Assembly: GCA_045616905.1 (NCBI GenBank)
Contig: JAZLHP010000060.1
Coordinates: forward strand, 23,166-87,165
DNA from: Bacteroidaceae bacterium
GTDB taxonomy: Bacteria > Bacteroidota > Bacteroidia > Bacteroidales > Bacteroidaceae
Direction of reading: 5' to 3'
DNA: 64,000 nt
Part shown: positions 34,877 to 44,273 of the stretch, piece after piece
How positions within the stretch are numbered: the first letter of the stretch is position 1
Layout: the number at the start of each line of letters is the position of its first letter
Notes under the pieces: model-generated
Seen by the model: only the letters and a program-made list of their open reading frames with translations
The model's database searches: none
What the model was told of the DNA's origin: nothing
Program-made: the position numbers and the translations under genes

Positions 34877-37800
34877 ATGATTTATTTTTTTAAGACACCA
34901 GCACAGAGCATCATTGCTACAAGCGTGAATCATGAGCTCTCTGCAGAAGAAAAAAGTGAACTTTGCTGGCTTTATGGTGAAGCAAAGGAGGTAAGCGAGA
35001 CGGAGCTTGGGGGATTCTTCGTAGGTCCGCGTCGCGAAATGATTACTCCTTGGAGTACAAACGCTGTAGAGATAACACAAAACATGGCGATAAAAGGAGT
35101 TCAGCGTATTGAGGAGTATTTCCCGGTTGCTGACGAGGATGCAGAGCATGACCCAATGCTTCAACGTATGTACAAGGGGCTTAATCAGGACATTTTCACC
35201 GTTAACATAGAACCTGCTCCGATTCTCAGCATTGAGAACCTTGAGGAATATAATGAGCAGGAAGGTCTTGCGCTCTCACCTGAGGAGATAGAGTATCTTC
35301 ATAAGGTGGAGGGACAGCTCGGACGCAAGCTCACAGATTCTGAGGTGTTTGGTTTCGCCCAGATTAACTCAGAGCATTGCCGTCATAAGATTTTCGGCGG
35401 CACATTCATCATCGATGGAGAGGAGAAGGAAAGCTCACTCTTCCAAATGATTAAGAAGACAACTCAGGAGAATCCAAATAAGATTCTCTCTGCATATAAG
35501 GACAACGTGGCATTCAGCCAAGGTCCTGTTGTTGAGCAGTTCGCTCCAAAGGATCACAGCACTTCTGACTATTTCGTTGTCAAGGACATTGAGTCGGTAA
35601 TATCCCTCAAGGCAGAAACTCATAACTTCCCAACAACAGTGGAGCCTTTCAATGGTGCTGCTACTGGTACAGGTGGAGAAATCCGTGACCGTATGGGTGG
35701 TGGTGTTGGTTCATGGCCGATAGCTGGTACTGCTGTTTACATGACTTCATACCCTCGCAACGGTGTCGCTCCTTCTCAGCCACACAGCTACGCAAAGTGG
35801 ACAAAGAGCGATAAGGAAGGTGACATTCGTCCATGGGAAGAGATTCTTCCAATCCGCAAGTGGTTGTATCAGACACCAGAGCAGATTCTCATCAAGGCTT
35901 CAAATGGTGCATCTGATTTCGGTAATAAATTCGGACAGCCACTCATCTGCGGTTCCGTGCTTACGTTTGAGCATGAGGAGAAGCAGGGAGAAACAACTGA
36001 GCAGTATGGATATGATAAGGTTATCATGCTTGCCGGTGGTGTTGGCTATGGCACAAAGCGTGACTGTTTGAAGGGTGAGCCTCAGAAGGGCAACAAGGTT
36101 GTCGTTGTAGGTGGTGACAACTACCGCATCGGTCTTGGTGGCGGTTCGGTGTCTTCTGTAGATACAGGTCGCTATTCTTCAGGTATCGAGCTTAATGCCG
36201 TGCAGCGTGCAAATCCAGAGATGCAGAAACGTGCAAATAACCTTGTACGTGCTCTTTGCGAGGAGGATGTAAATCCTGTAGTTTCTATTCACGACCACGG
36301 TTCTGCCGGTCATGTGAACTGTCTCTCGGAACTTGTTGAGGAGTGTGGCGGTCTTATTGACATGACTAAGCTCCCAATTGGCGACCAGACACTTTCATCA
36401 AAGGAAATCATAGCAAACGAGAGCCAGGAACGCATGGGTCTTCTCATTGACGAGAAGCACATTGACCATGTGCGTCAGATTGCAGAGCGCGAGCGTGCAC
36501 CGCTGTATGTAGTGGGTGAGACAACAGGTGATGCTCACTTCGCATTCCAGCAGGGTGATGGTGTCCGTCCATTCGACCTTGATGTGGCTCAGATGTTCGG
36601 TCACTCGCCAAAGACTTACATGAACGACGAGACGGTTGTTCGCACTTATGAGGATGCGTCGTACTCGTTCAGCGAGATACCTCAATACCTTGAGAATGTA
36701 CTTCAGCTTGAGGCCGTGGCTTGTAAGGACTGGTTGACAAACAAGGTTGACCGTTCTGTCACAGGTAAGATAGCACGTCAGCAGTGCCAGGGTGAGATTC
36801 AGCTCCCTCTTAGCGACTGTGGTGTGGTAGCGCTTGACTATCGTGGAAAGGCAGGTATTGCCACAGCAATCGGTCATGCACCACAAGCAGGTCTTGCTGA
36901 TCCTGCTGCCGGTTCTGTTCTGTCTGTAGCAGAGTCGCTTACAAACCTTGTTTGGGCTCCTATGGCAGAAGGACTTGATTCTGTCAGCCTCTCAGCAAAC
37001 TGGATGTGGCCTTGTCGGTCACAGAAGGGTGAGGATGCACGTCTGTATGCAGGCGTTAAGGCTTTGAGTGATTTCTGCTGTGAGTTGCATGTAAATGTGC
37101 CAACAGGCAAGGATTCACTTTCAATGACTCAGAAATATCCAGATGGAAGCAAGATCATCAGTCCTGGTACTGTGATTGTTTCTTCTGGTGGTGAGGTGGA
37201 TGACATCAGAAAGGTGGTTTCGCCTGTTCTTGTCAATGATCCTGACACAACTCTTCTTCATATCGATTTCTCATTTGACACACTCAAGCTTGGTGGTTCT
37301 GCTTTCGCTCAGACCCTCGGCAAGATTGGAAGCGATGTTCCTACTGTAAAGAATGCAGAGTACTTCCGTGATGCTTTCCTTGCTGTCAACAAGCTTGTTA
37401 AGGATGAGCTTATTCTTGCTGGTCACGATATTAGTGCTGGTGGTCTTATCACAACACTTCTTGAGATGACATTCGCAAACCAGAATGGCGGTATTGAGGC
37501 AAATCTCAAGGGAATCAATGAGTCAAACATAGTGAAGGTGCTCTTTGCTGAGAATCCTGGTGTTGTCATTCAGGTTAAGAACAGCGATAAGCTTGAGGTG
37601 ATGAAATCACTTGAGAAGTCAGGAGTAGGTTGCGTAGAGATTGGTAAGCCTATTGCAGAGCGTCAGTTGGTGGTTAAGAAAGACAGCCGTACACGACGTT
37701 TCGATATCGATGCTTTACGTGATGTATGGTACAGCACTTCATATCGTCTTGATACAAAGCAGTCATTCAACGGAATGGCTAAGGAGCGTTACACAAACTA

Positions 37801-38674
37801 CAAGAACCAGCCAATAGAGCATAAGTTCCCTAAGGACTTTACAGGTTCTCTTGCCCAGTATGGTATTGACTTGGAATCAAGAAAATCTGGTGATTCTATA
37901 AATTCTCGTCCAAAGGCGGCAATCATCCGCGAGAAGGGTACTAACGGTGAGCGTGAGATGGCATATTCACTTTACCTTGCAGGATTTGATGTTAAGGACG
38001 TGATGATGACAGACCTTGTAACAGGTCGTGAGACACTTGAGGACATCAATATGATTGTCTTCTGCGGTGGTTTCTCAAACTCAGACGTTCTTGGTTCTGC
38101 AAAGGGATGGGCAGGTGCATTCCTGTTTAACCCTAAGGCTAAGGCTGCTCTTGATGCATTCTATGCCCGTGAGGACACACTCTCTCTCGGTATTTGTAAC
38201 GGTTGCCAGCTTATGATTGAGCTTGGACTCATAAACAACAACCATGCCGTTACTGATACTAAAGACTATGCTCAGATGCTTCATAACGTATCTCACAAGT
38301 TCGAGAGTGAGTTTGTGACATTGCAGATTCCTGAGAACAAGAGCGTGATGTTTGGTTCGCTCTCTGGAAGTAAACTTGGTCTTTGGGTTGCTCATGGAGA
38401 GGGTAACTTCCGTTTGCCAAAGCAGGAGAGTGAATATAACATCATTGCTAAATATAACTATTCTGGCTACCCAGCCAATCCAAATGGTTCAGATTATGAT
38501 GTTGCAGGTCTTTGTTCGGCTGATGGTCGTCATCTTGCTATGATGCCACACCTTGAACGTGCTATCTTCCCTTGGCAGCAGGCAAATTATCCAGCTGACC
38601 GTAAGAAGGATGACATCACACCTTGGGTTGAGGCATTCGTGAATGCGAGAAAGTGGGTGGAAAGCAAGCTTTAA
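34877..38674 (+). CDS. purL: Phosphoribosylformylglycinamidine synthase, large single-chain form
   Basis: 1265 aa with N-terminal, two AIR-synthase-like and C-terminal glutaminase domains (...LGICNGCQLM... catalytic Cys, ...HGEG...). Confidence 0.95.
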   Translation: MIYFFKTPAQSIIATSVNHELSAEEKSELCWLYGEAKEVSETELGGFFVGPRREMITPWSTNAVEITQNMAIKGVQRIEEYFPVADEDAEHDPMLQRMYKGLNQDIFTVNIEPAPILSIENLEEYNEQEGLALSPEEIEYLHKVEGQLGRKLTDSEVFGFAQINSEHCRHKIFGGTFIIDGEEKESSLFQMIKKTTQENPNKILSAYKDNVAFSQGPVVEQFAPKDHSTSDYFVVKDIESVISLKAETHNFPTTVEPFNGAATGTGGEIRDRMGGGVGSWPIAGTAVYMTSYPRNGVAPSQPHSYAKWTKSDKEGDIRPWEEILPIRKWLYQTPEQILIKASNGASDFGNKFGQPLICGSVLTFEHEEKQGETTEQYGYDKVIMLAGGVGYGTKRDCLKGEPQKGNKVVVVGGDNYRIGLGGGSVSSVDTGRYSSGIELNAVQRANPEMQKRANNLVRALCEEDVNPVVSIHDHGSAGHVNCLSELVEECGGLIDMTKLPIGDQTLSSKEIIANESQERMGLLIDEKHIDHVRQIAERERAPLYVVGETTGDAHFAFQQGDGVRPFDLDVAQMFGHSPKTYMNDETVVRTYEDASYSFSEIPQYLENVLQLEAVACKDWLTNKVDRSVTGKIARQQCQGEIQLPLSDCGVVALDYRGKAGIATAIGHAPQAGLADPAAGSVLSVAESLTNLVWAPMAEGLDSVSLSANWMWPCRSQKGEDARLYAGVKALSDFCCELHVNVPTGKDSLSMTQKYPDGSKIISPGTVIVSSGGEVDDIRKVVSPVLVNDPDTTLLHIDFSFDTLKLGGSAFAQTLGKIGSDVPTVKNAEYFRDAFLAVNKLVKDELILAGHDISAGGLITTLLEMTFANQNGGIEANLKGINESNIVKVLFAENPGVVIQVKNSDKLEVMKSLEKSGVGCVEIGKPIAERQLVVKKDSRTRRFDIDALRDVWYSTSYRLDTKQSFNGMAKERYTNYKNQPIEHKFPKDFTGSLAQYGIDLESRKSGDSINSRPKAAIIREKGTNGEREMAYSLYLAGFDVKDVMMTDLVTGRETLEDINMIVFCGGFSNSDVLGSAKGWAGAFLFNPKAKAALDAFYAREDTLSLGICNGCQLMIELGLINNNHAVTDTKDYAQMLHNVSHKFESEFVTLQIPENKSVMFGSLSGSKLGLWVAHGEGNFRLPKQESEYNIIAKYNYSGYPANPNGSDYDVAGLCSADGRHLAMMPHLERAIFPWQQANYPADRKKDDITPWVEAFVNARKWVESKL

Positions 38675-38696
38675 TGACTATTTAGTAATGAATAAT

Positions 38697-38750
38697 GAAT
38701 GATGCAGGTTTATTGCCAGTGTGAATTTACTTGCATCATTCTTTATTGGT
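38697..38750 (+). terminator. Intrinsic terminator of purL
   Basis: 13-bp stem GAATGATGCAGGT/ACTTGCATCATTC (one G-U pair), 19-nt loop, followed by a T-rich stretch (TTTATTGGTTTTAT). Confidence 0.55.
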
Positions 38751-38816
38751 TTTATCAGATTAAGACATTAACATCTAACCACTCGACTTATACAAAAATT
38801 GGGACTTTACACAGAC

Positions 38817-39344
38817 ATGATATTGACCTTTGCCAAGATTGGTGCTTTCACCCTCGGTGGCGGTTATGCGATGATACCCGTGATGGAGAGGGAAATCGTG
38901 GATAAAAAGCATTGGTTGGAAAAAGGTGAATTTATGGATATCCTGGTTGTGGCTCAGAGTACTCCAGGACTCTTTGCTATTGACATGGCTTCACACATTG
39001 GCTATAAGCTCAAAGGAGTGAGGGGTGGGGTGACTGCTGCATTGGCTGTAGCATTGCCGTCTATCATTACAATCCTCTTGATAGCCATGTTCTTCCGTAC
39101 ATTCAAGGATAATGTGTATGTTGAAAAGTTCTTTATGGGAGTGCGCCCTTGTGTGGTGGCGTTGATACTGACCCCATGCTTTACAATGGCAAGGAAGGCC
39201 CATCTGAATAGCTATAATTGGTGGATACCAATAGTGTGTGCATTGCTTATTGCTGCTTTTGGAGTGTCGCCTATATGGTGCATACTTGCTGCAGGGATAG
39301 GAGGATTCATTTACGGAAAGATAATGCCTGATTCTTCAAAATGA
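38817..39344 (+). CDS. Chromate transporter family protein (half-size CHR)
   Basis: MILTFAKIGAFTLGGGYAMIPVMEREIV... is the CHR signature. ATG 38817 preferred over TTG 38799. Confidence 0.8.
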   Translation: MILTFAKIGAFTLGGGYAMIPVMEREIVDKKHWLEKGEFMDILVVAQSTPGLFAIDMASHIGYKLKGVRGGVTAALAVALPSIITILLIAMFFRTFKDNVYVEKFFMGVRPCVVALILTPCFTMARKAHLNSYNWWIPIVCALLIAAFGVSPIWCILAAGIGGFIYGKIMPDSSK

Positions 39345-39937
39345 TATTTCTAAAACTTTTTTTAGTTTTTTCCAAGATTGGCATCTTCAATTTTGGAGGT
39401 GGTTATGCCATGTTGTCGCTTATTCAGGACGAGGTGGTTAACAAGAACCATTGGCTGACCGTGAATGAGTTTACTGACATTGTGGCTGTCAGCCAGTCAA
39501 CGCCAGGACCTATCGGCATCAATGCTGCTACCTATACGGGATACACAGCTGTGGTTAATGAGTTTGCAGGCAGTGGGTTGCCTGATTCCACTATACAGGT
39601 TTTGGCTGTATTTGGGGCGTTGTTGGCTTCCTTGAGTGTCATCTGGCTTCCTTTCATACTGATGGTATGTATCAGTCACTACTTGTTGAAGAATAAAGAC
39701 TCCAAGCATGTTAAGAACGTGTTTACGGCTTTGAGGCCTACGATTGTGGGCTTGCTCATTGCCGCGGCAATCATGCTTATGTCAAAGGAAAACTTCGGCA
39801 GCCCTACAGAATCAACATTTGTGTTCATTGTAAGTTTGTTCATTTTCTTCTTTTCCATAGTGGGTACTCGTTTATATAAGATAAATCCTATCATAATGAT
39901 TGTTCTGTGCGGATTGGCAGGTCTTCTTATTTACTAA
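39341..39937 (+). CDS. Chromate transporter family protein (second half-size CHR)
   Basis: FSKIGIFNFGGGYAMLSLIQDEVV... ATGA overlap with the preceding half-size gene. Confidence 0.8.
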   Translation: MIFLKLFLVFSKIGIFNFGGGYAMLSLIQDEVVNKNHWLTVNEFTDIVAVSQSTPGPIGINAATYTGYTAVVNEFAGSGLPDSTIQVLAVFGALLASLSVIWLPFILMVCISHYLLKNKDSKHVKNVFTALRPTIVGLLIAAAIMLMSKENFGSPTESTFVFIVSLFIFFFSIVGTRLYKINPIIMIVLCGLAGLLIY

Positions 39938-39996
39938 AATCTATCACAATAGTGGATGATTGTCAGGGTGAATTATAATAAATCTTTGAATACTTA

Positions 39997-40629
39997 ATGC
40001 AAGAGAAAGTCAACACTTATCAATTTGAAAATGGATTGCGTCTGATCCACATGACATCGCCTACTGATGTAGCGTATTGCGGCATCAGCATTGATGCAGG
40101 TACGCGTGATGAAGAGAGTGGGGAAGAGGGTATGGCGCATTTCTGCGAGCACATGGTGTTCAAGGGTACAAAGAAGCGTCGTGCATGGCACATAATTAAT
40201 CGTATGGAAGCTGTGGGAGGCGACCTTAACGCTTATACAAATAAAGAGGAGACGGTGGTGTATTCTGCTTTTATGAAGGAGCATTTTGACCGTGCTGCCG
40301 AACTCATCTTTGATATTGTATTCAACAGCACTTATCCGCAGCATGAGATGGATAAAGAGAGTGAGGTGATTGTTGATGAGATAGAGAGTTATAATGACTC
40401 GCCTGCTGAGCTTATATTTGACCACTTTGAAAACATCATCTATGAAGGAAAGGATCTTGGTCATGACATCCTTGGTGATGCTGAGAATGTGCGCAAGTTT
40501 AGGTCAGAGGATGCTATCCGTTTTACAAAGCGCTTGTACCGTCCCGAAAAGATGGTTTTCTTTGTGTTGGGGGATATTGATTTTAATAAAATAGTAAAGA
40601 GGGTAGGGAAGTATGCGAATAATAACTGA
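39997..40629 (+). CDS. M16 (pitrilysin/insulinase) peptidase, N-terminal catalytic domain only
   Basis: GMAHFCEHMVFKGT (inverted zinc motif HxxEH) and ...NAYTNKEETVVYS. The ORF stops after ...VGKYANNN. Confidence 0.7.
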   Translation: MQEKVNTYQFENGLRLIHMTSPTDVAYCGISIDAGTRDEESGEEGMAHFCEHMVFKGTKKRRAWHIINRMEAVGGDLNAYTNKEETVVYSAFMKEHFDRAAELIFDIVFNSTYPQHEMDKESEVIVDEIESYNDSPAELIFDHFENIIYEGKDLGHDILGDAENVRKFRSEDAIRFTKRLYRPEKMVFFVLGDIDFNKIVKRVGKYANNN

Positions 40630-41161
40630 AAATCGTGGAACACATCAGGCGCATGTCATGATAGGGCGTGCAGCTTACGGTTCAAAGGACGACCGTCGCA
40701 TAGCCCTGTATTTCTTGAATAACATACTTGGTGGACCTGGTATGAACTCGCGCCTTAACATCTCGTTGCGTGAGCGTAGAGGTCTCGTTTATACGGTAGA
40801 AAGCACTCTGACTAACTATACCGACACCTCCACATGGGCAATATATTTCGGTTGTGATGCTGATGATGTTGACAAGTGCATTCGTGTTGTCCGTAGCGAG
40901 TTAGACAAGCTAATGGAGGCGCCTCTGTCACAGAAGCAGTTTGATGCAGCTCTTAAACAGATAAAGGGGCAGATAGGTGTGGCATGCGATAATTATGAGA
41001 ATTATGCATTAGACATGGCAAAATCATTTCTCCATTACAATAAGTTTGAAGGCAAAGATGATACTTTTTCGCATCTTGACAAGTTGACTCCGCAGTTTCT
41101 GCAAGATGTGGCAAAAGATATGTTTGATGACACAAAGCTTACAGCGCTTGTCTTCAAATGA
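40613..41161 (+). CDS. M16 peptidase C-terminal (non-catalytic) domain as a separate ORF
   Basis: THQAHVMIGRAAYG...LNNILGGPGMNSRLNISLRERRGLVYTVES is the conserved M16_C region. It lies in the +1 frame and overlaps the previous ORF by 17 nt. Confidence 0.6.
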   Translation: MRIITENRGTHQAHVMIGRAAYGSKDDRRIALYFLNNILGGPGMNSRLNISLRERRGLVYTVESTLTNYTDTSTWAIYFGCDADDVDKCIRVVRSELDKLMEAPLSQKQFDAALKQIKGQIGVACDNYENYALDMAKSFLHYNKFEGKDDTFSHLDKLTPQFLQDVAKDMFDDTKLTALVFK

Positions 41162-41289
41162 AAAGGAGGGAGTGTTGTAATTGGCAAGACTTGAGAATGG
41201 AGTTTTTGTAACGGAACATTTGTATTTCGTTTTCAGCTGACTTGCTCTTTCGTTGTATAATTAATTTGTTCACTTACTTAGAATAAGAT

Positions 41290-42213
41290 ATGCGTAAGAT
41301 AATAGGAATCGGAGAAACCATTATGGATATCATCTTCAAGAACGGGCAACCTACGGCTGCTGTTCCTGGAGGTAGCACATTCAATGGCATTATATCACTT
41401 GGCAGACTTGATATTCCTGTCACAATGATAACTGAGACAGGCAATGACAAGGTTGGTGGCATAATCCTTGACTTCATGGCAGACAATGGAATCGACAGCA
41501 GTTCTGTGTGTGTGTATGAGGATGGAAGAACGGCAATATCATTAGCATTTCTCAACGAGCGTAATGATGCCGAATATACGTTCTACAAAGACTATCCAAA
41601 GGCACGACTGGATGTAGAATGGCCGGAAGTTAATGCTGATGACATCATTATGATGGGGTCATACTTTGTGTTAAATGCTGCCCTTCGTCCAAAGGTAAAA
41701 GAGTTCCTTGATTATGCACGTGAACGAAAAGCTTTGATTTATTACGACATTAACTTCCGCTCAACACATGTTCACGAGGCAGAAGCGCTTCGCAATACCA
41801 TTATTGAGAATTTTGAATATGCCGATATTGTGCGTGGATCAACAGAAGACTTCATGTATATGTTTGGAGTGTCTGACCCTGAGGTGGCTTATAAGGAGCA
41901 TGTGTTACCTCATTGCAAGCAGATGCTGTGTACTGATGCAGATGGGGACATTAGGTTGTTTACCGCACATGGTAACAAGCAATACAAGGTAAATAAGATA
42001 CAGACAGTCAGCACTATTGGTGCCGGCGATAATTTCAATGCTGGTTGTCTATGGGGAGTGATGAAAAGCAATGTCGGGCGCGACTCGCTTGAGCAGTTGC
42101 CTTTCAGCACATGGGACACAATCGTGACTTGCGGACAGACGCTTGCTGCAGAGGTGTGCCAAAGCTATGACAATAGTATTAGTAAAGAATTTGCAAAGAA
42201 AATAAAATTATGA
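41290..42213 (+). CDS. PfkB-family carbohydrate kinase (fructokinase-like)
   Basis: IGIGETIMDIIF...VPGGSTFN... and C-terminal TIGAGDNFNAG (PfkB signature 2). Confidence 0.8.
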   Translation: MRKIIGIGETIMDIIFKNGQPTAAVPGGSTFNGIISLGRLDIPVTMITETGNDKVGGIILDFMADNGIDSSSVCVYEDGRTAISLAFLNERNDAEYTFYKDYPKARLDVEWPEVNADDIIMMGSYFVLNAALRPKVKEFLDYARERKALIYYDINFRSTHVHEAEALRNTIIENFEYADIVRGSTEDFMYMFGVSDPEVAYKEHVLPHCKQMLCTDADGDIRLFTAHGNKQYKVNKIQTVSTIGAGDNFNAGCLWGVMKSNVGRDSLEQLPFSTWDTIVTCGQTLAAEVCQSYDNSISKEFAKKIKL

Positions 42214-44195
42214 CATTTGAAGAACTTGGAGTGTCCGGTGAGATACTCCGTGCAATTAGTGAAATGGGTTATGAAAACCCTATGCCAGTTCAGGAGGAAG
42301 TGATTCCGTACCTGCTTGGTAACAACAACGATGTGGTGGCACTCGCACAGACGGGTACAGGCAAAACTGCTGCGTATGGATTGCCTGTGCTGCAGAAGGT
42401 GGATACATCACGTCTTGAACCTCAGGCAATAATCATTGCGCCAACGCGTGAACTTTGTCTGCAGATTTGTGATGATTTGAAAGACTATTCAAAATACATT
42501 CAGGGACTTCATGTGCTTGCTGTGTATGGAGGAGCAGGCATAGAGCCGCAGATACGTGCTCTGAAAAGGGGAGTGCAGGTGATAGTAGCGACGCCTGGTC
42601 GCCTTGTTGACCTTATGGAACGTGGTGTGGCAAAACTCAGTACTGTGCAGAATGTGGTGCTTGACGAAGCCGATGAGATGCTCAATATGGGATTTACCGA
42701 GAGCATAAATGCCATATTGGCAGGAGTGCCGGCTGACCGTAACACTCTTCTCTTCTCTGCAACCATGAGTAAGGAGATTGAGCGAATAGCCAAGAACTAC
42801 CTTCACGATGCTAAGGAGATTGTTGTTGGTAGCCGTAATGAAGGAGCAGAGCATGTGAACCACATTTACTATATGGTGTCAGCACGTGATAAGTACAACG
42901 CTCTTAAAAGGGTTGCGGATTACTACCCTGAGATTTACGCAATAATCTTCTGCCGTACGCGTATGGAAACACAGGAGATTGCAGACAAGCTTATACAGGA
43001 CGGATACAACGCTGAATCGCTTCATGGTGAGCTTTCGCAGGCACAGCGTGACCTTACGATGCAGAAGTTCCGTCAGCACCGTGTTCAGCTGCTTGTTGCT
43101 ACAGACGTTGCTGCGCGAGGTCTTGACGTGGACGAACTCACACATGTCATCAACTATGGTCTTCCTGATGATATTGAGAGCTACACACACAGATCTGGTC
43201 GTACAGGACGTGCCGGACGTTCTGGTACAAGCATCAGCATCATTCATGTGAAAGAGAAGAGTAAGGTTAGAGCCATTGAAAATCAGATACAGAAGAAGTT
43301 CGTACCTGGCATCTTGCCGACAGGTCAGGAGATATGCGCAAAGCAGCTTTATAAGGTTATTGATGACATTGAAAAGGTGGAAGTTGACGAAGAAGAGATT
43401 GCACCATTCCTCCCAGAAGTGTTCCGCAAGTTTGACCTTATGGAGAAGGAGGACATAATAAAGCGTATGGTCAGCATGGAGTTCAACATCTTCCTTAACT
43501 ATTATAAGAATGCTCCAGAGATAATTCAGCCATCGGAAAAAGGTGACCGCAAGGCTGCATCTGCAGATAAGAAGGGATACAAAGACCGCAAGCGTGATGG
43601 TGGCGATGGTCATTCACGTGTTGCAGAGCCTGGTTATACGCGTCTTTTCATAAACCTTGGTAAGAAAGACGGCATAAATCCTAAAGTCTTTATGGGATTC
43701 ATTAATCGTGTAGCGGCAGGCACCCATATTGATTTGGGCAGGATTGACCTAATGCAGAATTTCTCATTCTTTGAGGTTCCTGAAGACCAAACCTCGCTCG
43801 TGTTAAACACGCTTGCAGGCACAGACTTTGACGGACGTAAGGTTAACGTGGAAGTTACAGATCAGGCAGAAGGACAGCGTGGCAGACGCAAAGGAGGAAA
43901 TGACAGAGGGCAGCGTAATGAAGGGCGCAGGGAGCGTCGTGCAGGAGGTTACGACCGTAAGCCTTCAAACCGTACTTCACGCGAGGAGCGTGGAGGTGGT
44001 CGTCAGGATGACCGCCGCCAGAAGAAAGGTAGTGGAGCTGTGCGTGGAGATGCTGCGTCAAAACCATCACGCGAAGAACGTGGATACACAGCTGCGCGTG
44101 GTCCTAAGGGAATGGCAGAGTGGGCAAAATACTTCGAAGGACAAGTGGAAGGTCAGCCATTCTATAAGGAATTCAAGAAAAAGAAGAAGAAATAA
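42210..44195 (+). CDS. DEAD-box ATP-dependent RNA helicase (DeaD/CsdA-like) with DbpA-type RNA-binding domain and Arg/Gly-rich tail
   Basis: Q-motif, AQTGTGKT, DEAD (VLDEADEM), SAT, HRSGRTGRAG. C-terminal tail is rich in R/G/K and ends in KKKKKK. ATGA overlap with the kinase gene. Confidence 0.9.
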   Translation: MTFEELGVSGEILRAISEMGYENPMPVQEEVIPYLLGNNNDVVALAQTGTGKTAAYGLPVLQKVDTSRLEPQAIIIAPTRELCLQICDDLKDYSKYIQGLHVLAVYGGAGIEPQIRALKRGVQVIVATPGRLVDLMERGVAKLSTVQNVVLDEADEMLNMGFTESINAILAGVPADRNTLLFSATMSKEIERIAKNYLHDAKEIVVGSRNEGAEHVNHIYYMVSARDKYNALKRVADYYPEIYAIIFCRTRMETQEIADKLIQDGYNAESLHGELSQAQRDLTMQKFRQHRVQLLVATDVAARGLDVDELTHVINYGLPDDIESYTHRSGRTGRAGRSGTSISIIHVKEKSKVRAIENQIQKKFVPGILPTGQEICAKQLYKVIDDIEKVEVDEEEIAPFLPEVFRKFDLMEKEDIIKRMVSMEFNIFLNYYKNAPEIIQPSEKGDRKAASADKKGYKDRKRDGGDGHSRVAEPGYTRLFINLGKKDGINPKVFMGFINRVAAGTHIDLGRIDLMQNFSFFEVPEDQTSLVLNTLAGTDFDGRKVNVEVTDQAEGQRGRRKGGNDRGQRNEGRRERRAGGYDRKPSNRTSREERGGGRQDDRRQKKGSGAVRGDAASKPSREERGYTAARGPKGMAEWAKYFEGQVEGQPFYKEFKKKKKK

Positions 44196-44206
44196 AGAAA
44201 GCAGTG

Positions 44207-44259
44207 AAAAATTGCTCCCTCGCGATGTAACAATTGTTATGTCACGAGGGAGCAATTTT
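44207..44259. terminator. Bidirectional hairpin terminator between convergent genes
   Basis: 14-bp stem AAATTGCTCCCTCG / CGAGGGAGCAATTT flanked by an A-run on the left and a T-run on the right. Confidence 0.6.
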
Positions 44260-44273
44260 ATGTCGCTAAGTCT

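Noticed and set aside
42489-43613. Minus-strand ORFs (124, 94 and 244 aa) inside the DEAD-box helicase gene, and 4025..4582 / 4110..4562 inside the aminotransferase-fold domain
   Set aside because: These are shadow ORFs opposite well-supported genes, with no motifs and no promoter boxes.
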